Source: an uncultured virus (IMG/VR IMGVR_UViG_3300011977_000424) (taxonomy: Duplodnaviria; Heunggongvirae; Uroviricota; Caudoviricetes). From it: a DNA stretch of 64,000 bases. The stretch lies in the IMG/VR virus record IMGVR_UViG_3300011977_000424; one strand, written 5' to 3'. Shown here piece after piece: positions 8,878 to 18,478 of the stretch (its first letter is position 1; the number at the start of each line of letters is the position of its first letter). Both the position numbers and the translations under genes were made by a program. The notes below the pieces were generated by a model, which ran no database searches, had not been told where the DNA came from, and saw nothing but the letters and a program-made list of their open reading frames with translations.

Positions 8878-9309
8878 ATGGAAAAACAGAATGAATTGAA
8901 GCTGGTGCACTACACCGGCACTAAGACTATCCAGGCTTGCCCGATGAGCAAACTGGATGCAGAGAAAGAACTTGGTCGTTCTCTCAAATCGGCTCACTCC
9001 AAAGAAGGTGAGGATGAGCCAGGCTATCTTGTAGTCTATCCTGACGGCTATCGTTCATGGTCGCCTGAATCTGTCTTTGAAGATGCCTATCATTGCACTG
9101 AAGATGAAATAGATACTATTTCTTATGAGCTTTCTATCTTTCGTGGTATTTTATCTCGTTTACAAACTTACAGGGATAGAAGTCGCGAAATAAGCTTGGA
9201 GGCCGGGAGGTACTATGGACTGCTCCAACTAACAGGACAAAAAGCGGTAGATCTGCGTAACATGTTACATCAACAATCAAATAAGCAAGCCACTCATGAA
9301 GAAGTCTAA
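8878..9309 (+). CDS. Conserved phage domain protein (YxGTK...GYxVxYxDGYxSWSPxxxFxxAY)
   Basis: Recognisable widespread phage motif; function unknown. Confidence 0.6.
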   Translation: MEKQNELKLVHYTGTKTIQACPMSKLDAEKELGRSLKSAHSKEGEDEPGYLVVYPDGYRSWSPESVFEDAYHCTEDEIDTISYELSIFRGILSRLQTYRDRSREISLEAGRYYGLLQLTGQKAVDLRNMLHQQSNKQATHEEV

Positions 9310-9547
9310 AGCAACTATCACTATCTCCCCGGTCGCATGGTCCGGGGAGAAGGTATTGAAATTCCAGGCATGCGGCGAGTGCTCCGGCCGTCGTATCTGG
9401 GGTGATCCTCGCGCTACTCAGAAAGGCGCTCTCTCGGCGTTGGCTCAGGCCTGCGAAAGCTTCGCTACGGCTGCTGGCAACATCAATGCAGAATTGAACA
9501 GTGACAAGTATCAAAAGATTATCAACAATGCAGAAGATCCTATTTAA
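9296..9547 (+). CDS. Hypothetical phage protein
   Basis: 83-aa ORF overlapping both neighbours. Confidence 0.5.
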   Translation: MKKSKATITISPVAWSGEKVLKFQACGECSGRRIWGDPRATQKGALSALAQACESFATAAGNINAELNSDKYQKIINNAEDPI

Positions 9548-10175
9548 CGATGCGTTCCACCTCACAGAAAAGGTGCTTAACGGCGACAAAACAATGACAC
9601 GTCGTGTTGCTCGCCTGATGATTGAAGAGAAACAACACCTCGACGACACTGCCGACTTTGAATCGGTGGCAAAGATACTCATCAACTTGCGTTCTCACTA
9701 TCACGTGGGCGAAGATGTGGCCGTGGCCATGAGTTATGAACACGCCTATCAACTCATACAGAAAAGGATTGCAGAAATCAATCCGGATGTAGTCACAACG
9801 GCTGCTCTCGACTATAAGGTGTGGGCAGAGAAACTTCCAGGATGGAGCAATAAGATGTTCGTGCTCTCTCAGTTCATGCCCTACTTGATTACTATTGACG
9901 AAGTGCGACTGGAGCGTTTGCAGTGGATCTCACCTGGCGACTGCATACAGGAAGGTGTGCGTATCAACGATGCCGGCAAGGAAACATTCTATACCATTGG
10001 CAACGGCCAGGTCTTTGATGATCCTCGCGCTGTTTTCGCTGGTCTTGTCAATCGCTGCATGAATAAAGACGTGTTCAGCGAAAACCCGTGGGTGTTCGTC
10101 TATCACTTCTCGGTACATTCTTCTCCATTCCTGGAGCATCAACTATCAAACGTCAAGCCACATGAGCAAGAGTAA
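9528..10175 (+). CDS. ASCH/PUA-like phage protein
   Basis: ILFND...VLNGDKTMTRR, VRLERLQWIS..DCIQEG, NPWVFVYHF. Confidence 0.7.
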   Translation: MQKILFNDAFHLTEKVLNGDKTMTRRVARLMIEEKQHLDDTADFESVAKILINLRSHYHVGEDVAVAMSYEHAYQLIQKRIAEINPDVVTTAALDYKVWAEKLPGWSNKMFVLSQFMPYLITIDEVRLERLQWISPGDCIQEGVRINDAGKETFYTIGNGQVFDDPRAVFAGLVNRCMNKDVFSENPWVFVYHFSVHSSPFLEHQLSNVKPHEQE

Positions 10176-10383
10176 CTATTTCCCTCCCACCTCGCCAACG
10201 GAAGAACATCCGGGAGCGTGGTATGCTGAATACATTGCCGACTTCATGCGGCGCACTGCACCAAAGGTATATTTCTCGCCGTTCTTTCCTCTGAGTGCTT
10301 CGACGGTTCCTTTATTCATAAGGCCTCAACACGATTGGTAGTTTATCACATCAACCTCAACAAGCATAACTAATTTTGTACAC

Positions 10384-10887
10384 ATGAGTAAACTTAGATT
10401 ATTTGATTTGTTCCGGTCGTGGCTGCATGATTACTTCAAGCATCCACTGGAGAATATACGGCAAGCGCGGCCTATCATCCCTGGGCGGCTCTATTCCAAC
10501 TTCGGAAACATCTGCAAGGCGGTGCCCATGACTGATGAGGAACTTGCCTTTGTGGCTGCTCACAAGTTTGCGCTGCCCTTGGGTGTCTTGACTGCTGTTC
10601 CTGGTGCTTCTATCCAGTTCATGGAGGATTTATACAGTGAGCTGGGGGATGAGAAAGAAGAGCTTGATACACAGACTGGTGATCTCAACGAGCTCTACAA
10701 GAAACAGAAGGAGTTGCAGCGCACTCAGTTGCGTATCTCATTCGACGATGGCATACCGTCTCGTTGCAACCTCTGTGACTTCCACAAGAATGGCATACCC
10801 TGTCCTCTCTACAATGTACTGAAGGATGGCTCCACCGTCTGCGACACTCACAAGTATATCATCATCAAGCATAACAATAGCGTATGA
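10384..10887 (+). CDS. Hypothetical protein with C-terminal Cys cluster
   Basis: CNLCDF...CP...C motif. Confidence 0.6.
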   Translation: MSKLRLFDLFRSWLHDYFKHPLENIRQARPIIPGRLYSNFGNICKAVPMTDEELAFVAAHKFALPLGVLTAVPGASIQFMEDLYSELGDEKEELDTQTGDLNELYKKQKELQRTQLRISFDDGIPSRCNLCDFHKNGIPCPLYNVLKDGSTVCDTHKYIIIKHNNSV

Positions 10888-11687
10888 AAAAGAATAAACC
10901 GGCTTCCAGTCCTTCAACGACGGGCGCTAATGGTGGCCTCAACCGTCGCGCACGGCGCCAACTGGAGCGTACAAAGAAAAAGCGCACGCGCCTTATTTCT
11001 GATCCCTCAAAGATAGTCACTAAGGATAAGGTTATATATAAGGACAACTCCTATATAGACAAAACAAAGCGTTTGTTCACTTCTGGTCTCCAGGCCGTCA
11101 AGGATCGTCTTGCACGCAAGAAGCAAACCTTTGATCTCCCCGAACAAGTGAACATGGTGCGCAAGCCTCTCCGGACAACGGTGCTCGTACTGAATAAGGA
11201 TGGGCGCTCTCGCACGATACTTCCGGACATTCCAGGCTGCCACAAGATTCTCTGTCATGGCTCCATTGCTAAGGTGATGGTATCGGGTGTGTGCATGTTG
11301 GTGCGTGTGCAAGCGTCTGAGGATGCTCACGGCGTCTTTATTGATGGCTCCTGGGCTATCACGCCTGCTGACTATCGCCTCATCAATGAGACTACCATTC
11401 AGCATGTGCGCCGGCGGCGTTGGTGGTTCTTGCATCGCTACTGGTATGAGATCTCATTCGATGGCCATGTGCAACCGGCTAATCTTTTCTTCGACTACAA
11501 CATGGAGGTGCTTTCTCACAAGCAACGCTTCTGGATAACTCGCGAGTATGTACCGGTACGCAAGAATAACTCTACCGTCGTTGGTGGTACTCCCGTTCGT
11601 GTCTACAACGACTACTTCCGTTTCTGGCGCTTCAAGCCAAATAAAACCACTGCTTCCCGTCTTTCCACGACGGGGCAAAAAGATTAA
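10884..11687 (+). CDS. Hypothetical basic phage protein
   Basis: 267-aa ORF coupled to both neighbours. Confidence 0.6.
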   Translation: MKKNKPASSPSTTGANGGLNRRARRQLERTKKKRTRLISDPSKIVTKDKVIYKDNSYIDKTKRLFTSGLQAVKDRLARKKQTFDLPEQVNMVRKPLRTTVLVLNKDGRSRTILPDIPGCHKILCHGSIAKVMVSGVCMLVRVQASEDAHGVFIDGSWAITPADYRLINETTIQHVRRRRWWFLHRYWYEISFDGHVQPANLFFDYNMEVLSHKQRFWITREYVPVRKNNSTVVGGTPVRVYNDYFRFWRFKPNKTTASRLSTTGQKD

Positions 11688-14656
11688 TGATTATGAATCA
11701 GGAAATAAAATTTAAGGGCCTCAGCCTCAACCGTGATGAAGAGATCATTGATAATGGTGAGCTCTCCCTTTGTGGTGGCGTGGAGCTGCACGACGGCGCG
11801 CTGCGTCCGTCGGTGCTCTCTGGTGAGTATGTTGGCCGGCCTTCTGGGGATGGCATAACGCCTGTTCCTCTCACTACAGGACAAGATACTTATAAGGATG
11901 CTAACGGCAATACTATCGAATATCCCTGCACGCTGCGTTATGTCCATGAGACAACGGCCTACAAGCATTTCATTGCTGAATACACCAACGGCACATATCA
12001 TGAGCTTTATTGGTATGATTTCGACGGTACCTTCATGGGCCTTGTGCATAAGTTCTCTGATGGTGTTACTATCAAGTCTGTGGAAAGCGTGGGGAATACA
12101 GTTATTATTCTTGCCTCTGATGGCATCCACTATGCGCTCTGGAAGAATACCGACACTCTTTATAAGTACCTCGGGCAAAAGCCTCCATTCCTCACCATAA
12201 GATTTGATCTGAGCGATAATCAGACTGCCGACTATGAGACTGGCGGTATCTCTGTGGATGGCTCTGCAGATGGCTTCAACGCTGCCTTCCAACAGACAAC
12301 TACAAAGTGTTGGGATGTTCTTAACAAGGTTGAAACTTCAACGGCTTTCAAGGCTGGAGATACTGTTTTCCGTATCAAGACGGATAAGCAAGGTGATATA
12401 ACAGATCAGGTGTGGGCACTCATCAACCGTACTAACAGCACCATCGCCAAGGCTGGCCACTTCTACGCTAACTTCTTCGTGCGCTACTGCTATCGGCTCT
12501 ACGATGGCTCCATGGTCATGCACTCGGCGCCTATCTTCATGCCGGTGTTGGTTCCTGGCAACTTCCAGGTGTATGTTGTCAATGCCCATAAGGATAGCGA
12601 CACTTCGGTGGGCCTCGACGACACTATCAAGGTAAACCGTGTGGATAGCAACGGCAAGAGTTATGCTTTCTCCATTGGTAAGCTCACCTTCATGTATAAC
12701 CCTCGCAATGTGAAGTTGAAGTACACATGGATGAGCAACAATGAAGTTGTGTCTGGCCTCAAAGAGTGGTCCGATATTGTGAAGTCCATTGATATTTTCG
12801 TGTCGGCTCCCATAACGCGCACTGATAGCGCTCAGACGTGTAAGAATATCATCATGCAGAAGCCTGACTATGGCATACGCACGTATGGCGAGTTTTCCAA
12901 CATCTGGCACTACGACGGCGACACTTCGCGTGTTGGTATCTATGTGGTTGATGTTCCTGGTCTCACTGATGAGGCTTACGCGGATAAGATAGCCAACGTC
13001 TCTGCCTTCTTCAAAATTCACTCCATCAAGATCAACGACGAGTTTGGCGGTACCGGCGAATGGCATGTTATCACTGATAGCTCCGCTATTGAGAATGTCA
13101 CTACTCAGGAGCAAATGAAGGACGACTACAAGACGCACAACTACATCTTCCCTGTTGGATCCTACGTCTACAATCATCGGCTCAACGTCTTTGGAGCTTA
13201 TGAGAAACTGTTTCAGGGCTTCAATCCGCAACAACTTTTCCCTGAATACCCGTATCTGGTCTATAAGAATAACGCCAACATATCTAAGATGGTGGTACGC
13301 CTTAGCACGACTGATGGCTACAAGCATGTGGAGATACCAACATCCGGCCTCGGCTCTCGTAGTTTCGATACTTACGTGCTCTATAATATGCCTAAGTTCT
13401 ATCCGGATTCGCGCGCTGACCACATGTATATTTGGTGGACTGACATCGACAACAATGTCTCTCACGTCACCGACTTTATTCTCACGGCCTGCAATGAGCT
13501 CAACGGCGCAATGAATATCGGAAAGTTCACTGAGGATTACACATACATATCCTCTGAGCCAACCTACACCGTGGACGATATTGTCACCATGCCAAACAAG
13601 ATCTACACATCGGAAGCGGACAACCCTTATTACTTCCCTGTCAATGGCATCAACACGGTGGGCATCGGTACTATCCGTGGCATAGCCTCAACTACCCGTG
13701 CGCTCTCTCAGGGCCAGTTCGGCCAATATCCTCTCATGGCGTTCTCTACGGATGGTATCTGGGCGCTCGAAGTGGCATCTTCTGGTACTTACTCCAGTAT
13801 TACGGATGGTATCTGGGTGCCCGAAGTGGCATCTTCTGGTACTTACTCCCGTATTCATCCTATCTCCCGTGAAGTGTGCATCAATGCTGCGTCTATCGCT
13901 CAACTCGATCAGTCGGTGGTCTTTGCCACTGACCGTGCACTGAACAAGGTAGTGGAATCGTCTGTTGCTTCCTTCTCGGATATGCTCGACGGGCCTTTCT
14001 TCAACATTGCCTCTCAGCTCGGCAAACTGCGTGCGCTCTTCGCTGCGGATGGCAAGTATCAGGATGAAGAGATTATCCAGCTCATCGACTTCTCCACTCC
14101 TCCTATCGAATACTTCAAAGATGGCACTGTCCTCAATGACTACGTGAACAAGCGTCTCATTATCTTGCCGGCTGTTCCTTCTCAGGAGGATATAGACGAT
14201 AATAAAGAAGTGGCACTGGTCTACTCTATTCGTGATGGTGCCTGGTCCACAATGATGATAGAAACGCCTCTGGCGGTCCTCAACTCTAATCCTTATCCTT
14301 ACGTACAGAAAAGGGATGGCTCGGTTCTCATGCTGAATAAGAAGTACGACTATACAGATCAGACGGTACACTCGGGCCTCATCGTTACTCGTACTCTCAA
14401 CTTCCAGGGTGTCCGACTGGCCATTAATGGCTTTGCTCAGCTCTCGGATGCTAAGGAGCCAGGAGTGATATTCTTCTACGGTTCCAACGATAACCGTACA
14501 TGGAAGTGTTTTGGCTGGTCGCATCAGGATCATGTGTCCTATCTCCCTGCTCCGGCCTACCGTTTCTTCCGGCTTGCTCTCTTCTTGCGTCTTACTCCAG
14601 GAGAAAAGTATTGGGGCACTCAACTCAACGTTACACAAAAATATGCCAAGCTATGA
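11687..14656 (+). CDS. Tail nozzle/stabilization-type protein (tail tubular B-like, beta-rich)
   Basis: 989 aa; N-terminal FKGL...GEL motif; NKIYTSEADNPYYFP and ALSQGQFGQYPLMAFSTDGIWAL motifs recalled from Bacteroidetes phage nozzle-like proteins. Confidence 0.6.
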   Translation: MIMNQEIKFKGLSLNRDEEIIDNGELSLCGGVELHDGALRPSVLSGEYVGRPSGDGITPVPLTTGQDTYKDANGNTIEYPCTLRYVHETTAYKHFIAEYTNGTYHELYWYDFDGTFMGLVHKFSDGVTIKSVESVGNTVIILASDGIHYALWKNTDTLYKYLGQKPPFLTIRFDLSDNQTADYETGGISVDGSADGFNAAFQQTTTKCWDVLNKVETSTAFKAGDTVFRIKTDKQGDITDQVWALINRTNSTIAKAGHFYANFFVRYCYRLYDGSMVMHSAPIFMPVLVPGNFQVYVVNAHKDSDTSVGLDDTIKVNRVDSNGKSYAFSIGKLTFMYNPRNVKLKYTWMSNNEVVSGLKEWSDIVKSIDIFVSAPITRTDSAQTCKNIIMQKPDYGIRTYGEFSNIWHYDGDTSRVGIYVVDVPGLTDEAYADKIANVSAFFKIHSIKINDEFGGTGEWHVITDSSAIENVTTQEQMKDDYKTHNYIFPVGSYVYNHRLNVFGAYEKLFQGFNPQQLFPEYPYLVYKNNANISKMVVRLSTTDGYKHVEIPTSGLGSRSFDTYVLYNMPKFYPDSRADHMYIWWTDIDNNVSHVTDFILTACNELNGAMNIGKFTEDYTYISSEPTYTVDDIVTMPNKIYTSEADNPYYFPVNGINTVGIGTIRGIASTTRALSQGQFGQYPLMAFSTDGIWALEVASSGTYSSITDGIWVPEVASSGTYSRIHPISREVCINAASIAQLDQSVVFATDRALNKVVESSVASFSDMLDGPFFNIASQLGKLRALFAADGKYQDEEIIQLIDFSTPPIEYFKDGTVLNDYVNKRLIILPAVPSQEDIDDNKEVALVYSIRDGAWSTMMIETPLAVLNSNPYPYVQKRDGSVLMLNKKYDYTDQTVHSGLIVTRTLNFQGVRLAINGFAQLSDAKEPGVIFFYGSNDNRTWKCFGWSHQDHVSYLPAPAYRFFRLALFLRLTPGEKYWGTQLNVTQKYAKL
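13747..13855 (+). repeat. In-frame 54-bp tandem duplication
   Basis: 13747-13800 vs 13801-13854 with 3 mismatches; TDGIWALEVASSGTYSSI / TDGIWVPEVASSGTYSRI. Confidence 0.95.
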
Positions 14657-15138
14657 AGTCAAAGAAAAACATGTATAACATCATCTACAGGCTGCGCAAC
14701 CGTGGCCTGCGGATTGATACTCGTGAGCGTATGGTGTTCCCCACCATGGCTTTCCCTGTTGAGGCTGGCAATTATCCTCCTCTGCTTAAGAAGCTCTGCT
14801 CTCAGTATGGTTTCAATGTTCAATTGGAGACGTTTGAAAGTGGCTCTCGGGCGCGCGTCTATATCTCCGGCCCTATCTCTCACTATGATCTTAAGGAGCG
14901 TATGGAAACTTTCTCTAAGGCTGAACACTTGTTACGCAAGCAAGGCTATCTGCCTATCAGTCCTTTCAAGAATGGTATTTCCCAGTCAGCCGACTGGCAT
15001 CTGCACATGCGCAAGGATTTCACAATGCTCCTCACGTGTCAGTACATCTATTTCCTCCCTGAATGGGAGAAGTCTAAAGGTTGCCGGCTGGAACTTGACG
15101 TTGCCGTGTCCTCCGGCCTCACCGTCCTAAAATTCTAA
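14653..15138 (+). CDS. DUF4406-family (nucleoside deoxyribosyltransferase-like) protein
   Basis: RVYISGPIS...HMRKDFTMLLTCQYIYFLPEWEKSKGCRLE; start MKSKK overlaps the upstream stop (ATGA). Confidence 0.8.
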   Translation: MKSKKNMYNIIYRLRNRGLRIDTRERMVFPTMAFPVEAGNYPPLLKKLCSQYGFNVQLETFESGSRARVYISGPISHYDLKERMETFSKAEHLLRKQGYLPISPFKNGISQSADWHLHMRKDFTMLLTCQYIYFLPEWEKSKGCRLELDVAVSSGLTVLKF

Positions 15139-15142
15139 GATT

Positions 15143-15352
15143 ATGACTGATAAGAAATGCCCTAAATGTGGAAGTAGGAACTTCCAAATTATCGATTATT
15201 CCGTAACTGGATACATCTATCAAGTAGAAGATGGTGTAGTAACTGGTGATGGTGATGATGCTGGTGGTGAGCATGTACGCACTATCTGTGAATGTGCTGA
15301 ATGTGGCCACGTTTGGCATCCAAGAAATTTTGATTTTGAGGTAGATGGGTAA
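15143..15352 (+). CDS. Small zinc-ribbon protein
   Basis: CPKCGS...CAECGH. Confidence 0.7.
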   Translation: MTDKKCPKCGSRNFQIIDYSVTGYIYQVEDGVVTGDGDDAGGEHVRTICECAECGHVWHPRNFDFEVDG

Positions 15353-15932
15353 GGATTGGACGGGAAATAGAAAGAGCACCTACGTTACTATCGGAGCAAG
15401 CTCACATTCCGAGCATGCACGCCAACGTGAGGATTACTATGCTACCTCTCCAGAAGCCACAGAATGGCTGCTGCGCCTTGAAAAGTTCTCAGGGCCTATC
15501 CTGGAGCCTGCATGTGGCGAAGGTCATATCTCAAAAGTTCTCAGTAGGGGGTACGACGTCACCTCTCGGGATCTCATAGACCGGGGCTTTGGAGAAGTGG
15601 CCGATTTCCTTTCTATCGACAATCTCCATTGGGATGGGGATATAGTTACCAACCCACCATACAAGTATGCTCAGGAGTTTGTGGAGAAGGCTTTACAGAT
15701 CATTCCCGATGGGCACAAGGTTTGCATGTTCCTCAAACTGACGTTCCTTTCATCAAAGGCACGTAGATATCTATTCGATACTCAGCCTCCCTGTCGTGTG
15801 TGGGTGTCGTCCTCTCGTTTGAAGTGTGGTTTCAACGGCCATTTTGAAGGTCCTTCTTCGGCTGTTGATTATGCCTGGTATGTGTGGGTAAAAGGTTACA
15901 AAGGTGATACTGTTATTAAGTGGTTCAACTGA
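15345..15932 (+). CDS. Solitary amino (N6-adenine-type) DNA methyltransferase
   Basis: DYYATS, ILEPACGEG (motif I), IVTNPPY (motif IV). Confidence 0.85.
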   Translation: MGKDWTGNRKSTYVTIGASSHSEHARQREDYYATSPEATEWLLRLEKFSGPILEPACGEGHISKVLSRGYDVTSRDLIDRGFGEVADFLSIDNLHWDGDIVTNPPYKYAQEFVEKALQIIPDGHKVCMFLKLTFLSSKARRYLFDTQPPCRVWVSSSRLKCGFNGHFEGPSSAVDYAWYVWVKGYKGDTVIKWFN

Positions 15933-15933
15933 T

Positions 15934-16188
15934 ATGATTGTTTTGAAGTTGGTTGTCCAGGCTGTCTTGATTGCAGTTCTGGTGCCATTGTTCTCTCGTC
16001 TGTGGAGTGCCTTGCTTGCTCATGTTCATTTACCTGCTTGGAAAAGAAGGTTAATAAAATACTATATTATACCAAAGCCTGGTCGTACTCCTGATATATA
16101 CGATGGGGAAAAGTATTGGCGTGTAGAAGATGCATATTGGGTAGGCTTCTACAACAAATGGCCATTTGTAATTATTCAGTGGCATTAA
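15934..16188 (+). CDS. Hypothetical protein with N-terminal hydrophobic segment
   Basis: Likely start MIVLKL; last gene before the convergent terminator. Confidence 0.5.
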   Translation: MIVLKLVVQAVLIAVLVPLFSRLWSALLAHVHLPAWKRRLIKYYIIPKPGRTPDIYDGEKYWRVEDAYWVGFYNKWPFVIIQWH

Positions 16189-16210
16189 TGAGTAACTCCT
16201 CTAAACATGC

Positions 16211-16244
16211 GAAGGCCGTCCAAACATCACGCTGGACGGCCTTC
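16211..16244. terminator. Hairpin between convergent operons
   Basis: Perfect 12-bp inverted repeat GAAGGCCGTCCA-N10-TGGACGGCCTTC. Confidence 0.75.
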
Positions 16245-16330
16245 TGTTACCTAAAAACACCTCTTTTCTGTTAACCTTAAAAACTAATATCTATGAAGAA
16301 AAACATTGTACAAAAAAGCTTATCACATTT

Positions 16331-16885
16331 CTACAACCAAGTGGCCCTGCGCATGGTGAAGCGCTCCCGGCTGTTCAGGTCGGCAATGATATTGTCGTGG
16401 TCCTCAGCATCGGCCAGTCCTTTATATTCGGCGGCCTTGTCTGCTACCTGGTCCTGAAGGAAGCGGTACATCGTCCAGTCCACAACATACTTGTGCATCA
16501 TACTCTTTAGATGATCCGTCACGGCCGTATTGAAGTTTGGTATCTGGAGATTGATGGTCACTGTCTCGTAGGTCATGCTGGTAATGTTGCCGTCGGCATC
16601 GGTGGTGCTGATGGCCACAATCCTCTCCAGGGCGTTGTTGTCAGTGTCACGGCCCACTGTCAGGTAACGCTGGCTCATGGCTTTCACGGCTCCAAAAGCT
16701 TCTGTAATGGCTCTGTTGATGATACTGCGAGTTTCCGGATTGTCCGGGTCCTGCACATTCGCCTTGATGTCGTCAAGCGCTGCATCGTGGATGCTCAGCG
16801 AGATCAAGTTACATTTAGCCAGGATGTCGTTGCAAACTTCACCCAGGTCAAATGTCAGTTTGATTTTCTTTAAGTTGGTTCCCAT
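16331..16885 (-). CDS. Head-tail adaptor/tail ring-like protein
   Basis: Helical 184-aa protein; LKSMMHKYVVDWTMYRFL resembles the adjacent paralog. Confidence 0.55.
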   Translation of the reverse strand: MGTNLKKIKLTFDLGEVCNDILAKCNLISLSIHDAALDDIKANVQDPDNPETRSIINRAITEAFGAVKAMSQRYLTVGRDTDNNALERIVAISTTDADGNITSMTYETVTINLQIPNFNTAVTDHLKSMMHKYVVDWTMYRFLQDQVADKAAEYKGLADAEDHDNIIADLNSRERFTMRRATWL

Positions 16886-16897
16886 ATCTAATACGTA

Positions 16898-17848
16898 TTA
16901 AATTTTTCTTATCCGGTGTGGATGGCGCAAGAAGAACTCGTCTCTTGTGTCGCTCCAGTCGGTATCGTCTCTCCAGTGCCTCACCTCGGCGTTGTCCTCG
17001 TGGCGTGCTCCAGTGTCTGCGCTCTGCTCGGTGCCTTTCTCGGTGTCCTTCGTGTCGTGGCGCTGGCCGGCTTTCTGCTCGTCGGGCGTGGCGGCTTTGC
17101 TGGCGTCGGTGGTGCGCTTGCCGGCCTTCTGGTCGGCGGCCGTCGTGGGCTTGTTTTTATCGCCGGTGCGTGCGCCTGCCTTCTGGTCGTCTGCGGTGAT
17201 GGCTTTCTGCTCGTCCTCGCTTCGTGCGCCTGCGGTTACGCTGTATTCGCTCGCCTCTTTGTCGGTGTCGTTGACTCGTGCGCCTGCGGTTTGCAAACGT
17301 TCCTCTTCGGCTTTATTGGTGTCCGTCTGGCGTGCGCCTGCGGTGGTGCTGTATTCTTCTTCGGCTTTGTCAGTGTCGGTGCCTCTTGCAGCCTCAGCGC
17401 GTGTAAAGCTTCGGTTCTGCACGATAACGCGGATGTCGTCAAGGTCGGTGGTGGCCATGGCCTGAAAGTCCTGCTTCACGGTGAGACCTTCAAAGTCGTT
17501 GATCCATCCGGCGGTGACGCTGTGCACCAGGTAGTCCTGCATCTTGTTGCTCAGTAGTCCTTTCAGCCGGGGCGGCCAGTGGTCGCTAAGCTCCAGGATG
17601 CAAACATAGTCCTCGCCGTTGGCCTGCAAGTCAAACTGGGCGCTGCTCTGCTTGATATATTCTATCAAGTGGCGCTCCAGGTCGCCAATGGCCTCTCTAT
17701 AATAGATGTCGAGTTTGGGGCCTTCGGCGTCACTGGCCCATAACTGTTCAAAGGTCGGCGTGCCTCCATTGTGCATACTGATGGTGACGGAGATACCTTC
17801 TACTATCCCCATCACGCTCTTTCTGTTTATCTGCACAATCACTTTCAT
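16898..17848 (-). CDS. Head-tail adaptor-like paralog with C-terminal 18-aa repeats
   Basis: LSNKMQDYLVHSVTAGWI core followed by about 7 repeats ending AGAR/AGKR/AGQR. Confidence 0.6.
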   Translation of the reverse strand: MKVIVQINRKSVMGIVEGISVTISMHNGGTPTFEQLWASDAEGPKLDIYYREAIGDLERHLIEYIKQSSAQFDLQANGEDYVCILELSDHWPPRLKGLLSNKMQDYLVHSVTAGWINDFEGLTVKQDFQAMATTDLDDIRVIVQNRSFTRAEAARGTDTDKAEEEYSTTAGARQTDTNKAEEERLQTAGARVNDTDKEASEYSVTAGARSEDEQKAITADDQKAGARTGDKNKPTTAADQKAGKRTTDASKAATPDEQKAGQRHDTKDTEKGTEQSADTGARHEDNAEVRHWRDDTDWSDTRDEFFLRHPHRIRKI

Positions 17849-17852
17849 ACGG

Positions 17853-17893
17853 CAAATATAATTTGGTTTCTTTCTGTCTCAGTCATAAAATAC
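17853..17893 (-). promoter_or_regulatory. Putative late promoter copy 1: GTATTTTATGAC-N21-TATATTTG
   Basis: Box 17882-17893, -7 element 17853-17860; ATG only 4 nt further on. Confidence 0.8.
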
Positions 17894-17921
17894 AAATTCC
17901 CGTCCACTGCTGCGCGGCTTT

Positions 17922-18395
17922 TCACGCCGTGCGCTTCTTCTCGTGCCTATAAAGTCTATACACACCATAAGCAATGGCCAGGACCAACACAACGCCTATC
18001 ACCCACAATAGGAGATTGCCAAGCTTCGTAAAGAACTTATCCTTTGCTGATGGTGCCTTCTCCACTGGATAGGGCTGCGGTATGCTGTCACGGATGATAA
18101 CGGTATCTCTCCCTGCCTGCTTATAGTAGTGGTTGTTATAGTAGTTCGTCGTCCGGTTCTTCTCCAGTACCAAGGTGTCACCCTTCATGTACTGGTTGGT
18201 CCAAATGCTGTCTCTGAAGAAGATGCTGTCCTTCTGATGGATGGTGTCTGTCCTCGTCCGGTATTCGGTGTGCGCCTCTTTTACTGGTACATACTTCGTC
18301 GTGGTGCATCCCATAAACAGACTGGCTATTGCCAACAGCATGCCTATGCCAAGGATCCACAACACACATCCTACACTCTTCTGCTCGTCGTCCAT
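17922..18395 (-). CDS. Spanin-like lipoprotein with C-terminal TM
   Basis: Lipobox-like LFMGC, DSI/DTV repeats, C-terminal hydrophobic helix; lies after the endolysin. Confidence 0.7.
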   Translation of the reverse strand: MDDEQKSVGCVLWILGIGMLLAIASLFMGCTTTKYVPVKEAHTEYRTRTDTIHQKDSIFFRDSIWTNQYMKGDTLVLEKNRTTNYYNNHYYKQAGRDTVIIRDSIPQPYPVEKAPSAKDKFFTKLGNLLLWVIGVVLVLAIAYGVYRLYRHEKKRTA

Positions 18396-18478
18396 TTGTC
18401 TTGATTTTGTTACGTTTTCAATAATGGCCCTTCGGGTGGCGCTGCGCCTGCCCTCGGGGCCTCATCTGCTATGGTAGA

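Noticed and set aside
8878..9309. Anti-defence (Tad2/Acb2-like) assignment
   Set aside because: Only the commonly fused YxGTK/SWSP domain is recognisable; the sponge-domain motifs are not evident.
10162..10372. Short ORF (59 aa) or frameshifted gene between the ASCH-like gene and 10384
   Set aside because: No recognisable motif; cannot distinguish a small gene from a decayed one.
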